From: Gaiellales bacterium
GTDB taxonomy: Bacteria; Actinomycetota; Thermoleophilia; Gaiellales; Gaiellaceae
Reading direction: 5' to 3'
Length of the DNA stretch: 64,000 nt
Assembly: GCA_038237925.1 (NCBI GenBank)
Contig: JBBRYF010000010.1
Location: 14,133 to 78,132 of the forward strand
Shown here: piece by piece, positions 53,659-63,373 of the stretch
Numbering within the stretch: position 1 is the stretch's first letter
Layout of the letters: each line of letters starts with the position of its first letter
Made by a program: the position numbers and the translations under genes
Notes under the pieces: generated by a model
What the model saw: the letters and a program-made list of their open reading frames with translations, nothing else
Told to the model about the DNA's origin: nothing
Databases searched by the model: none

Positions 53659-54802
53659 GATCGTCGACATCGAGACGAGCTCATACTGGCTTTCGGAAGA
53701 GCGGTCGTCGCTGCCCGCAGCGACGGGCTCTGCGGACCGCGTCGACGTCGCGATCGTCGGCGGAGGCGTCACGGGCTGCTCCTGCGCGCTGACGCTCGCT
53801 GAGGCTGGAAAGCGGGTGCGCCTGTTCGAGGCGCGCGAGATCGCCGGCGGCGCGAGCGGACGCAACGGCGGCTTCGCCCTCCGAGGCGGCGCGCCTGCGT
53901 ATGACGTCGCGCGCCGCGACCTCGGTCCCGAGCGCGCCCGGTGGCTGTGGAAGCTCACCGAGCGCTCGCTCGACCAGCTCGAGGAGCTGGCCGGCGATGC
54001 CTTCCGGCGGACGGGCAGCCTTCGCCTGGCCGCCGACCCCGACGAGCGCGCCGAGCTCGAGGCCGAGCACGCGGCTCTCCGAGAGGACGGGTTCGCGGTC
54101 GAGTGGCGGGAGGAGCTCCCCGAGCCGTTACGCGGGCGCTTCCACGGCGCGATCTTCCACCCGCCGGATGGGTCGCTCCAGCCCGCCCGCTGTGTCCGCC
54201 GCCTCGCCGCTCGAGCCGCGGAGGCCGGAGCCGACCTGCTCGAGCACGAACGGGTCGAGTCGCTCGAAGCGCTCGACGCCGAGCAGGTCGTGATCGCGAC
54301 TGACGGCTACACGCAGGATCTGCTGCCAGAGCTCGACGCGCTCGTCAAGCCGACACGCGGCCAGGTGCTCGTGACCGAGCCGCTCGAGCGTCAGCTCTTC
54401 CCGCGCCCGCATTACGCGAGGCACGGTTACGACTACTGGCAGCAGACTCCCGAGGGCCGCCTAGTGGCCGGCGGTTTCCGCGACAAGGCGCTCGACCACG
54501 AGTACACGGCGGACGAAGAAACGACGCCGCTGATCCAGCGACACCTGGAGCAGTTCGTCGCGGATCTCCTCGGCGAGCAGCCGGCGATCGAGCATCGCTG
54601 GGCCGGGATCTTCGGGACCACCACCGACCGGCTTCCGCTTGTCGGACCGTTCCCCGGCCACGACGGTGTGTGGGTCGCCGCCGGCTACTCCGGCCACGGC
54701 AACGTGCTGGGCCTCGCGTGCGGAGAGCTCCTCGCCCGCGCGATCCTCGGCGATCGTCCGCCCGAGTTCGAGCTCTTCGACCCGGCGCGCTTCGGCCCTT
54801 AA
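53606..54802 (+). CDS. FAD-dependent oxidoreductase (DAO/glycine-oxidase-like)
   Basis: VDVAIVGGGVTGCSCAL...GASGRNGG dinucleotide-binding motif. The start is uncertain (GTG 53606 or ATG 53480); both overlap dprA. Confidence 0.75.
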   Translation: MRSPRPRGCTGGWVGKARIVDIETSSYWLSEERSSLPAATGSADRVDVAIVGGGVTGCSCALTLAEAGKRVRLFEAREIAGGASGRNGGFALRGGAPAYDVARRDLGPERARWLWKLTERSLDQLEELAGDAFRRTGSLRLAADPDERAELEAEHAALREDGFAVEWREELPEPLRGRFHGAIFHPPDGSLQPARCVRRLAARAAEAGADLLEHERVESLEALDAEQVVIATDGYTQDLLPELDALVKPTRGQVLVTEPLERQLFPRPHYARHGYDYWQQTPEGRLVAGGFRDKALDHEYTADEETTPLIQRHLEQFVADLLGEQPAIEHRWAGIFGTTTDRLPLVGPFPGHDGVWVAAGYSGHGNVLGLACGELLARAILGDRPPEFELFDPARFGP

Positions 54803-55170
54803 CTCTCGCCGGGCGCGGGCACGGACTCGTCGCTCTGGAAGAGCGAGAAGCTGTTCCCCTCGGTGTCGACGCAGCTGGCGAACCACCCGATCCCGGGGAT
54901 CGGCTGCTTGTCCTCTGCCGAGCCGCCGAGCTCGCGTGCGCGCGCTACCGAGGCGTCGATGTCGGAGGTACCGAAGTAGACGATCGGCCCTGTCCCAGCC
55001 TGCTTCTCGGAGGTATAGATCGCGCCCCCGGGCTCGTTTCCGTCGAGCATGTGGTACTCGACCGGCCCGTCCCATTCGCGGAACTTCCAGCCGAACAGCG
55101 ACTTCCAGAACTCCTTGGCGCGACCGGCGTCCTGCGCCGGCAGCTCGAAATGCACGACTTGCCCGTCCAT
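54799..55170 (-). CDS. VOC/glyoxalase-family protein
   Basis: MDGQVVHFELPAQDAGRAKEFW...GGAIY...GWFASCVDTEGNSFSLFQ. The internal ATG 55170 is preferred to the longer ORF. Confidence 0.7.
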   Translation of the reverse strand: MDGQVVHFELPAQDAGRAKEFWKSLFGWKFREWDGPVEYHMLDGNEPGGAIYTSEKQAGTGPIVYFGTSDIDASVARARELGGSAEDKQPIPGIGWFASCVDTEGNSFSLFQSDESVPAPGES

Positions 55171-55374
55171 CTGGCGCGTCCTTCGCGTGGGAGCGCGGAG
55201 CCTACTCGGCTCAAGCCACCGCCCGGGGATGCCGAAGGTCTGCAGCGGAGCTCGCACATGCGAATCCGCGAACAGCCGGGTCTCAAGGCCCGCCTGGAGA
55301 ACGATCCGCCCTCATACAGCGATAGGTCGGACTGGTCACCGGCGCCATCGGATAGGCCGCGAGTCTCCAGGGCG

Positions 55375-56283
55375 TTAGAGCTCGATCGTCGTCAGGTCCA
55401 GCTCATCGGCGCGCTCGAGCGCCCCCAGCGCCACGGCCAAGTCCTGGATCGCCAGCCCAGTGCTGTCGAAGATCGTGATGTCGTCCGCCGACTGCCGGCC
55501 GGACGCCGTGCCGGCGAGCACGTCGCCAAGCTGGGTCACGTCGTCCCGCGTGACCGCGCCCGCCTCGACCGCATGCGCGAGCTCGCCGTTGTGGCTCGCC
55601 TGCTCCCAGTCGTCGCAGAAGACATGCGTGCGGAGGACTTCCTCCACCGCGATCTCGGTCTTGCCCGGGCCGTCCGCGCCCATTAGGCTCACGTGCTGTC
55701 CCGCGCGCAATGACCCGGCGGGAAACAGCACCTCGCGGCCGGGCGTCATCGTGACGACGAGGTCGGCCCCGAGTGCTTCTTCCAGCGTGCCCGCGACACC
55801 GGCACCGAGCGCAGCGGCCGCTGCTTCCCGCCCCGCGGGATCGACATCCCAGACCAGGACGTCGCGCCCGCGAGCGAGGAACGTGCGGGCCGCCGCGCGG
55901 CCGTTGACCCCGGCACCGACGACGGCCGCGCTCCCCGGGTCCGCGCGCCCGAGCGTCTCCGCCGCCAGCACCGCCGCCGCGCCGGTGCGCAGCGCGGTCA
56001 CGGCTCCTGCGTCGAGGACGGCCTTCAGCGTCCCGTTTGAGGCGTCCGAGAGCAGCACGAGCCCGGTCACCGTGGGCAGCCCGCGTTCGGGGTTTCCGGG
56101 AAACGACGTCACCCACTTCAACGACGCGTGACCGGCACCAAGGGCCGGCATGGCGCGGAAGTCGCCGGCCGGATAGGCGGGCACGTACACCTTGGGCGGC
56201 ATCGACCACTCGCCGCGCGCGTATGCGACGAAGGCCTCGCGGACTGCCTCGAGCGCCCGCTCCGGCGAGACGGCGGCCTCCAC
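55375..56283 (-). CDS. ornithine cyclodeaminase / mu-crystallin-family protein
   Basis: 302 aa with MPPKVY..., LKWVTSFPGN, TALRTGAA, VVGAGVNG. Confidence 0.8.
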   Translation of the reverse strand: MEAAVSPERALEAVREAFVAYARGEWSMPPKVYVPAYPAGDFRAMPALGAGHASLKWVTSFPGNPERGLPTVTGLVLLSDASNGTLKAVLDAGAVTALRTGAAAVLAAETLGRADPGSAAVVGAGVNGRAAARTFLARGRDVLVWDVDPAGREAAAAALGAGVAGTLEEALGADLVVTMTPGREVLFPAGSLRAGQHVSLMGADGPGKTEIAVEEVLRTHVFCDDWEQASHNGELAHAVEAGAVTRDDVTQLGDVLAGTASGRQSADDITIFDSTGLAIQDLAVALGALERADELDLTTIEL

Positions 56284-56311
56284 GTCTCGCGCTGCGAAGA
56301 ACGGAACCAGC

Positions 56312-57703
56312 CTAGAGGCCCTTCACGTCGCCGATCAGCTTCGTGATCGAGTCCTTCGCGTCGCCGAAGAGCATCACGGTCTTCGGGTTGAAGAAGAGCG
56401 GGTTCTCGATCCCGGCAAAGCCGGGGCTCATGCTCCGCTTGAGCACGACGACGGTCTGCGCTTGGTCGACGTTCAGGATCGGCATCCCGTAGATCGCGCT
56501 CCCCTGGTTGTTCCGCGCGTCCGGGTTGACCACGTCGTTCGCGCCGACCACGAGCACGACGTCGGTGCGCGCGAACTCGGGGTTGGCCTCGTCCATCTCC
56601 TTGAGCTGCGGGTACGGGACGTTCGCCTCCGCCAGCAACACGTTCATGTGGCCGGGCATCCGGCCGGCGACCGGGTGGATCGCGTACGAGACCTCGACGC
56701 CTTTCTCCTCGAGCAGGTCGGCGAGCTGCCGCACATCGTGCTGCGCCTGGGCTACGGCCAGCCCGTAGCCCGGGACGACGACGACCTTGTGCGCGTAGGC
56801 GAGCATCACGGCGACGTCCTCCGCGCTCGCTGAGCGAACCGTGCCTCCGACGCTCTCTGCGGACGCAGCAGCTGCTGGGCTGACCTGGCCGAAGGCGCCG
56901 AAGAGGACGTTCGCGATCGAGCGGTTCATCGCGCGGCTCATCATCAACGTGAGCAGCGTGCCGGAGGCGCCGACGAGCATCCCGCTCACGATCAGGACGT
57001 TGTTCTCGAGCTCGAAACCCGTGGCTGCGGCGGCGAGGCCGGTGAACGCGTTCAGCAGCGAGATCACAACCGGCATGTCGGCCCCGCCGATCGGCAGAAC
57101 GAAGAGGACGCCGAAGACCGCCGCGAAGACGAGCAGGCCCCACATCAGCCACTGCTCCTCACCGCCGGCGGCGATCGTGATCCCGGCTGCGACTGCCGCG
57201 CCGAAGACGAGCCCGTTGACGAGCTGCTGACCCGGATACGTGATCGGCCGGCCCTTGATCAGCTCCTGCAGCTTGGCGAAGGCGACCATCGAGCCGGCGA
57301 ACGAGATCGAGCCGATCAGCGCCGAGAGCATGATCGCGATGCCGATGTCGAGCTTGAGGTTGCCGGAAGCTGGCACCTTGCGGTGGAACTCGGCCCACGA
57401 GATGAGCGCCGCCGCGCCGCCGCCGACGCCGTTGAACAGCGCCACCATCTGCGGCATATCGGTCATCTTCACGCGCCTCGCCGCGATCGCGCCGAAGCCG
57501 CCGCCGATCACCATGCCGAGGGCGATCTCCCAGTAGCTCACGACCTCGCTCTTGGCGAGGGTGACCGCGATCGCGAGCAGCATGCCCGCGGCGCCGATCC
57601 AGTTGCCGAGGCGTGCCGTGTCGGGCCGCGAGAGGAACCGGAGCGCGAGGATGAAGGTCACGATCGTGACCAGGTAGAGCAGGTCGCTAGTGGTGCGGCT
57701 CAC
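56312..57703 (-). CDS. pntB: NAD(P) transhydrogenase subunit beta
   Basis: TM N-terminus and dIII domain (VPGYGLAVAQAQH, HPVAGRMPGHMNVLLAEA, GANDVVNP). The GTG overlaps the pntAB stop. Confidence 0.9.
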   Translation of the reverse strand: MSRTTSDLLYLVTIVTFILALRFLSRPDTARLGNWIGAAGMLLAIAVTLAKSEVVSYWEIALGMVIGGGFGAIAARRVKMTDMPQMVALFNGVGGGAAALISWAEFHRKVPASGNLKLDIGIAIMLSALIGSISFAGSMVAFAKLQELIKGRPITYPGQQLVNGLVFGAAVAAGITIAAGGEEQWLMWGLLVFAAVFGVLFVLPIGGADMPVVISLLNAFTGLAAAATGFELENNVLIVSGMLVGASGTLLTLMMSRAMNRSIANVLFGAFGQVSPAAAASAESVGGTVRSASAEDVAVMLAYAHKVVVVPGYGLAVAQAQHDVRQLADLLEEKGVEVSYAIHPVAGRMPGHMNVLLAEANVPYPQLKEMDEANPEFARTDVVLVVGANDVVNPDARNNQGSAIYGMPILNVDQAQTVVVLKRSMSPGFAGIENPLFFNPKTVMLFGDAKDSITKLIGDVKGL

Positions 57704-58041
57704 TGCGGCGGCGGCGGGTTGCCGTCGTCGTCGGCGGGTGTGCGCTCGGGCCGGCGCCGCTTGAACATCTCGAGCATCCGGTCGGTGACGACGAAGCCGC
57801 CGACGACGTTCGCGGAAGCGAGGATCACGGCGACGAAGCCGATCACCCACGTGAGCGTGTCCTTGCCGCCGGAGCCCATCACGAGGATCGCGCCGACGAT
57901 CACGATCCCGTGGATGGCGTTGGTGCCGGACATGAGCGGCGTGTGTAGCAGCGTCGGCACCTTCGAGATGACCTCGAAGCCGAGAAAGATCGCGAGGACG
58001 AGAATCGTGAGCTCGAAGACGAGCAGCTGGCCGTGGCTCAT
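57700..58041 (-). CDS. pntAB: NAD(P) transhydrogenase subunit alpha part 2
   Basis: 113 aa, 3 TM segments, PLMSGTNAIHGIV motif. Confidence 0.85.
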   Translation of the reverse strand: MSHGQLLVFELTILVLAIFLGFEVISKVPTLLHTPLMSGTNAIHGIVIVGAILVMGSGGKDTLTWVIGFVAVILASANVVGGFVVTDRMLEMFKRRRPERTPADDDGNPPPPQ

Positions 58042-58204
58042 CGGCTGGCCGCCGGTTTGCTCCGGAGGCGCGCTTTTTCGTGTCGCGTGGACCCGATACC
58101 CCCACCCAGGGTGGGGTGTTTAGTCCCACCGCCCTCGCGGCTCACGCTACCCGGCTGGGACGCACGCGTGTGTGCCGCGACTGTGCCGATTTCGCGCCTT
58201 CTTC

Positions 58205-59296
58205 TCACGCGGCCACCTCCTGCTTGCGAGTGACGCACGCGCCGGCGGTGATCTCGTCGTCCCAGTCGAGCGCGAGCTCGCCGTCCGGGGCGAGGTGGTG
58301 CAGGAGCGCGGACACGTTGCGCGCGTAGAGCTGGCTCGCGTGAAACGGCATCGAGCTCGGGAGGTTCGTGAAGCCGACGATGGTCACGCCCTCGCGCACG
58401 ACCTCTTCGCCGGGCTCGGTCAGCTCACAGTTGCCGCCGGCCTCGGCGGCCAGGTCGACGATCACGGAGCCGGGTCGCATCGCCTTGACCGCGCCCGCGG
58501 GAATCAGCCGCGGTGCCGCACGCCCGGGGATCAGCGCCGTCGTGATCACCACGTCGAACTCCGGGAGCCGCGCCTCGAGCTCCTGCTGCTGTTGCCGCTG
58601 CTGCTCCTCGGACAGCTCCTGCGCGTAGCCGCCCTCCGTCTCCTCGCCGACCACGCCGAGGTCGAGCCAGCTCGCGCCGAGGCTCTCGATCTGCTCGCGC
58701 ACGACAGGGCGGACGTCGAACCCGGTCGCGACGGCGCCCAACCGCCTGGCCGTCGCCAGCGCCTGCAGGCCCGCCACGCCTGCACCGAGGACGAGCACCT
58801 TCGCCGGCGCGACCGTGCCCGCCGCCGTCATCAGCATCGGGAAGAACCTCGGCAGACGCTCCGCTGCGAGCAGCGTCGCCTTGTAGCCGGAGACCGTCGC
58901 CTGCGAGGAGAGCGCGTCCATCGCCTGTGCGCGGGTGGTGCGCGGGATCGATTCCATTGCGAAGGCGATCGCGCCGCGACCCGCGAGCCGCTCAATGCCC
59001 TCGGCGTCCGTCAGCGGTTGGAGGAATCCGATGAGCAGCTGGCCCTCGTGCAGCCGCGCCGCCTCGTCGGCGGTCGGCTTCTGCACCTTTACGACGACGT
59101 CTGGTTCGGCCCAGGCGTCGTCGACGAGGCGGGCGCCGGCCTCCTCGTACGCCGGGTCGAGAAACGCGGCGGGCACACCGGCGCCGCGCTCGACGACAAC
59201 CTCGAAGCCGGCCGGGACGAGCTTGGCGATCAGCTCGGGAACGAGCGCGACCCGCCGCTCGCCGGGCGCGCTTTCTCTCGGGACCCCGATCCGCAT
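58205..59296 (-). CDS. pntAA: NAD(P) transhydrogenase subunit alpha part 1
   Basis: MRIGVPRE..., SSQATVSGYKA, VLGAGVAGLQA. Confidence 0.9.
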   Translation of the reverse strand: MRIGVPRESAPGERRVALVPELIAKLVPAGFEVVVERGAGVPAAFLDPAYEEAGARLVDDAWAEPDVVVKVQKPTADEAARLHEGQLLIGFLQPLTDAEGIERLAGRGAIAFAMESIPRTTRAQAMDALSSQATVSGYKATLLAAERLPRFFPMLMTAAGTVAPAKVLVLGAGVAGLQALATARRLGAVATGFDVRPVVREQIESLGASWLDLGVVGEETEGGYAQELSEEQQRQQQQELEARLPEFDVVITTALIPGRAAPRLIPAGAVKAMRPGSVIVDLAAEAGGNCELTEPGEEVVREGVTIVGFTNLPSSMPFHASQLYARNVSALLHHLAPDGELALDWDDEITAGACVTRKQEVAA

Positions 59297-59346
59297 GCCG
59301 CGCGAATGCTAGTGCGTCATGGCGGCCCGCATATCCTCCGCCGTCG

Positions 59347-59892
59347 ATGGCCGTTCCGGAGGTACCGCTGCGCGAGACGACGCACGGGCTCGTCGCGGAT
59401 GGGGACGGTTGGTTCGTCGTCAACGCCCGTGAGAGCCGCTGGCGTGACACCGGCCACTTCGGCTTCTACTGCGACTTCGAGGGCAAGCGCCGCTTTCGCC
59501 AGCTCGGCGTCAACCTCAACGTGCTCGGGCCCGGGCAGCCCCTCGGCCTCTATCACCGCGAACGCGCACAGGAGGGCTTCCTCGTGCTCGCGGGCGAGTG
59601 CCTCTTGCTTGTCGAGGGCGAAGAGCGGACGCTGCGTGCCTGGGACTTCTTCCACTGCCCCGGGGGGACGGCTCACGCGATCGTCGGAGCTGGGAGCGGG
59701 CCGAGTGTCGTCCTCGCCTTCGGCGCGCGGGGCGGCCGCAAGCGGCTCGTCTACCCCGTCGAGGCGCAGGCGCTCGAACACGCTGCCGGGGTGGAGCGCG
59801 AGACCGCGAAGCCGCAGGAGGCCTACGCGCGCTTTCCAGCCTTCACGCGCTGCGGCTACCGCGAGGGGTGGCTCCCGCAAGCACCCCGCTAG
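59347..59892 (+). CDS. cupin-domain protein
   Basis: 181 aa with a cupin-like core (YHRERAQEGFLVLAGECLLLVEGEERTLRAWDFFHCPGGTAH). Confidence 0.65.
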   Translation: MAVPEVPLRETTHGLVADGDGWFVVNARESRWRDTGHFGFYCDFEGKRRFRQLGVNLNVLGPGQPLGLYHRERAQEGFLVLAGECLLLVEGEERTLRAWDFFHCPGGTAHAIVGAGSGPSVVLAFGARGGRKRLVYPVEAQALEHAAGVERETAKPQEAYARFPAFTRCGYREGWLPQAPR

Positions 59893-59903
59893 AGTTCGCG
59901 GCC

Positions 59904-61022
59904 GTGCCACTCGCGGAGATCGCCAACAGCTTCTTCAAGCCGGCCGTCAACGACCTCGTGACCTACGAGCCGGGGAAGCCCGTCGAGGAGGTGCAGCGCG
60001 AGCTCGGGCTCGATCACGTCGTGAAGCTCGCCTCGAACGAGGGCCCGTACGGGCCGTTCCCCGAGGCGCGTGAGGCGATCGCGCGGGCGGTCGACGAGCT
60101 CAACCGCTACCCGGACGGCGGCGCCTACAGGCTGCGTGTAGCTCTCGCTGGGCGTTTCGACCTTCGCCTCGAAGAGGTCGCCGTCGGCGCCGGCTCCGAC
60201 GGCCTCGTCGACTGCCTGAGCATGGCAGCGCTCGAGCCGGGTGACGAGATCGTCTGCGGCTGGCCCTCGTTTCCGAGCTACGTCATCGACGCGCGCAAGC
60301 TCGGCGCCGTGCCGCGGACGGTGCCATTGCGCGCCAGCCGCTACGACCTCGACGCGATGCTCGAGGCGATTGGGCCGCGGACGAAGATCGCCTACGTCTG
60401 CTTGCCGAACAACCCGACCGGCACCGCGAACACGCGCACCGAGCTCGATGCCTGGTTCGAGCGGGTGCCCGACCACGTCGTGACCGTGCTCGACCAGGCC
60501 TACGCCGAGTACATCGACGATCCCGACTACCCGGACGGCGTCGAGGACTACCTCAAGCAGGGCCGTCGGGTCGTGGTGCTACGGACGTTCTCGAAAATCT
60601 ACGGCCTTGCCGGGCTGCGGGTCGGCTATGCGCTCGCGCCGGCGGCGATCGCCACCGGGATCGCGAAGGTGCGACGCGCCTTCGACATCACCACGCCGGC
60701 GCTCGAGGCCGCACTCGCCAGCCTGGACTCGCCCGACGAGCTCGAGCGGCGGCGACGCGAGAACCTCGCCGGACGCACTGAGCTCGAGCGGATCTTGTGC
60801 GAGCACAGGCTCGACCCGGTCGGCCCTGCCGTCGCCAACTTTCTCTTCGCCGAGGTCGGCGAGGACTCACGCCCGTTCTTCGAGCAGTTGCTGCGCGAGG
60901 GCGTGATCGTCCGGCCGACCCACGGCTTCGGCGCGCCCGGCGCCGTGCGGGTCACCGTGGGGACGCACGAGGAGCACGAGCGCCTCGCGGAGGCGCTCGC
61001 CCGGGTGCTGGCGAGAGCCTGA
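59904..61022 (+). CDS. hisC: histidinol-phosphate / aromatic aminotransferase (class II PLP)
   Basis: KLASNEGPYGP, PNNPTG, LRTFSKIYGLAGLRVGY (PLP-binding Lys). Confidence 0.85.
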   Translation: MPLAEIANSFFKPAVNDLVTYEPGKPVEEVQRELGLDHVVKLASNEGPYGPFPEAREAIARAVDELNRYPDGGAYRLRVALAGRFDLRLEEVAVGAGSDGLVDCLSMAALEPGDEIVCGWPSFPSYVIDARKLGAVPRTVPLRASRYDLDAMLEAIGPRTKIAYVCLPNNPTGTANTRTELDAWFERVPDHVVTVLDQAYAEYIDDPDYPDGVEDYLKQGRRVVVLRTFSKIYGLAGLRVGYALAPAAIATGIAKVRRAFDITTPALEAALASLDSPDELERRRRENLAGRTELERILCEHRLDPVGPAVANFLFAEVGEDSRPFFEQLLREGVIVRPTHGFGAPGAVRVTVGTHEEHERLAEALARVLARA

Positions 61023-61089
61023 CCGAAAGGGACACGGCCGAAAAACCCCTCGTTTGAGTGCCGGTCACGGTGTTACCGTTCGAAGGCCG

Positions 61090-62373
61090 ATGGGCCGCCC
61101 CCGCGTAGCCGGCACCCAGCTCGCGCTTCTGGGACGCGAGCCGAACTTCCGCCGCCTGTTTCTGGCGACGTTGGGCTCTGGCGCGGGCACCTGGCTGGCG
61201 CTCGTCGCGCTCGAGGTCGACGTCTGGGTGCAGACGCATTCGTCGGGCTGGGTCGCGGCACTGCTGATCGCCGACCTCCTGCCGACCTTCGCGATCGGGA
61301 TCCTCGTCGGGCCGCTGGTCGACCGCCTCTCGCGCAAGGTGCTATTGGTCGGCTCGGACATCGCGCGCTTCGGCGTCTTTGCCGCGCTCCCGTTCACGAC
61401 GAGCGCAGCGCAGGTGGTCGTGCTCGCGGCGGCGGCAGGGATCGCGACCGGCTTCTTCCGTCCGGCGGTCTACGCCGGCCTGCCGAACCTCGTCTCGGAC
61501 GACGACCTCTCAAGTGCGAACTCGCTGCTACAGGCGGTCGACAACCTGACCTGGGCCGTGGGCTCCGTGGTCGGTGGAGCGCTCGTAGCCGCGTCGGGAG
61601 TCGACGCGGCGTACTGGCTCAACGCCTGCTCATTCCTGATCTCGGCCGTCTTCCTGAGCGGCATCCCGCGCGGGAAGCTGCAGGAGATGCTGGCGGCGAG
61701 CCACGAATACTGGGCGGATCTCCGCGACGGTTTCTCGCTCGTCCTGCGCTCGCGTGCGCTGCTGACGGTGCTGATCGCGTGGAACGTGGCGATGCTGCAC
61801 AACGCGGCCGTGAATGTGGCCGAGGTGCGGCTCGCGTTCGACGCCTTCGACGCCGGGCGTTTCGGCCTCGGGCTGATGATGGGTTGCGCCGGCGTCGGAC
61901 TCGCGATTGGTGCCTACCTCACAGGTCGCTGGATCGACCGGCGCGGCCTGGCGAATGTCTACGGCGCCTCGCTCGGCCTGATGGCGATCGGAGTGGGCCT
62001 CGCCGCCGCCTCGCCGAACGTCTGGGTCGCCGCCGCCTGCGTGATCATCTCCGGGGCCGGAAACGGCGCAGCGGTCGTCTGCAACGCCCTGCTCGTCCAG
62101 CGCGGTGCGCCCGACGTGCTACGCGGCCGTGCCTTCGCCGTCCTGATGAGCTCGAACGTCGCGATGCTGACGATCGGCATGATCGTCGCCGGCCATTTCA
62201 CCGACGTCTACGGCCCGCGCTGGGTGTGGGCCGTGGCCTCCGCGACGGCCGTGCTCGCCGGTGCGATCGGGCTCGTGCTCGCTCGCGGGGCCGCCGCGCC
62301 CGACCGGGCCCGCAGCGACGAGCTGGCGGTTGCGGCGCACTCGGCCGAAGCCGCAGAGCAACCGTCTCTTTAG
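61090..62373 (+). CDS. MFS transporter
   Basis: About 12 TM helices and a GPLVDRLSRK loop motif. ATG 61090 is preferred; the ORF track starts at 61054. Confidence 0.8.
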   Translation: MGRPRVAGTQLALLGREPNFRRLFLATLGSGAGTWLALVALEVDVWVQTHSSGWVAALLIADLLPTFAIGILVGPLVDRLSRKVLLVGSDIARFGVFAALPFTTSAAQVVVLAAAAGIATGFFRPAVYAGLPNLVSDDDLSSANSLLQAVDNLTWAVGSVVGGALVAASGVDAAYWLNACSFLISAVFLSGIPRGKLQEMLAASHEYWADLRDGFSLVLRSRALLTVLIAWNVAMLHNAAVNVAEVRLAFDAFDAGRFGLGLMMGCAGVGLAIGAYLTGRWIDRRGLANVYGASLGLMAIGVGLAAASPNVWVAAACVIISGAGNGAAVVCNALLVQRGAPDVLRGRAFAVLMSSNVAMLTIGMIVAGHFTDVYGPRWVWAVASATAVLAGAIGLVLARGAAAPDRARSDELAVAAHSAEAAEQPSL

Positions 62374-62383
62374 CATCCACCGC

Positions 62384-63373
62384 GTGGCAGCGCGCCGCGA
62401 CTTCACGCGCGAGTCGCTCGCCGCCGGGGTGCGCTCCGGCGACCGGCGTGCACTGGCGCGCGCGATCACGCTGGTCGAGAACTCCGAGCCGCTCGCCTAC
62501 GAGCTCGTCCGCGATCTCTACCCCGAGACCGGCCGCGCCTACGCCGTCGGCATCACCGGTCCGCCCGGGGTGGGCAAGTCGACCCTGATCAGCGCGCTGG
62601 TTCGGCACGTACGGGACGCGGACCGGTCGGTCGGCGTGCTCTCGGTCGACCCGTCGAGCCCGTTCTCGCAGGGCGCGCTCCTCGGCGACCGCATCCGCCT
62701 CGTCGACCACTTCCTCGACCCCGAGGTCTTCATCCGCTCCATGGGGAGCCGTGGTCACCTGGGCGGGCTCGCCGAAGCGACTCTGCAGGCGCTGCTGCTG
62801 CTCGACGCGGCGGGCAAGGAGCTCGTCTTCCTCGAGACCGTCGGCACCGGGCAGGGGGAGGTCGAGGTGATCGGGATCGCCGACACCGTCGTGCTCGTGC
62901 TGATGCCCGGCTCGGGCGACTCGATCCAGGCGCTGAAGGCGGGGATCATGGAGATTCCCGACGTGATCGCGATCAACAAGCTGGACCACCCGGCCGCGCA
63001 GACGATGCTGAACGAAGTGCAGTCGGTGCTCTCGCTCGACACGGAGCGGGCGTGGAAGCCGCCGATCGTGCTCACGGAGGCGATGCGTGCGGAGAACGTG
63101 CCCGAGCTGTGGGAGCAGGTTGAAGCCCACCGCACCTTCCTCGAGTCCGAGGGCCTGCTCGAGGAGCGGCGGCGCGAGAACCTCGCGGGCGAGGTCTTCG
63201 CGGTCGCATCGGCGCGCGCGAAGGCCCATCTGGAGCGCGCGGTAGCAGACGACCCTGAGCTCCGCCGCCTGCTCGGCGAGGTCCAGAGCCGCAAGCTCGA
63301 CCCGCTGAGCGCCGTGCAGGAGATCATGAGGGAGGTGTTCAAGATTGGCGACGGTGACGGCACCAGGCCTTAG
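62384..63373 (+). CDS. meaB: methylmalonyl-CoA-mutase-associated G3E GTPase (MeaB/ArgK)
   Basis: RALARAITLVEN, GITGPPGVGKSTL, LSVDPSSPFSQGALLGDRIR, ETVGTGQGE, INKLD. Confidence 0.85.
   Translation: MAARRDFTRESLAAGVRSGDRRALARAITLVENSEPLAYELVRDLYPETGRAYAVGITGPPGVGKSTLISALVRHVRDADRSVGVLSVDPSSPFSQGALLGDRIRLVDHFLDPEVFIRSMGSRGHLGGLAEATLQALLLLDAAGKELVFLETVGTGQGEVEVIGIADTVVLVLMPGSGDSIQALKAGIMEIPDVIAINKLDHPAAQTMLNEVQSVLSLDTERAWKPPIVLTEAMRAENVPELWEQVEAHRTFLESEGLLEERRRENLAGEVFAVASARAKAHLERAVADDPELRRLLGEVQSRKLDPLSAVQEIMREVFKIGDGDGTRP

Noticed and set aside
55171-55374. The 204-bp spacer between the OCD-family and VOC genes as a possible small RNA or small ORF.
   Set aside because: Only weak, short complementary segments and a loose GATAGG(T/C)CG repeat were found. 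There is no SD-preceded ORF, so there is not enough evidence to call anything.
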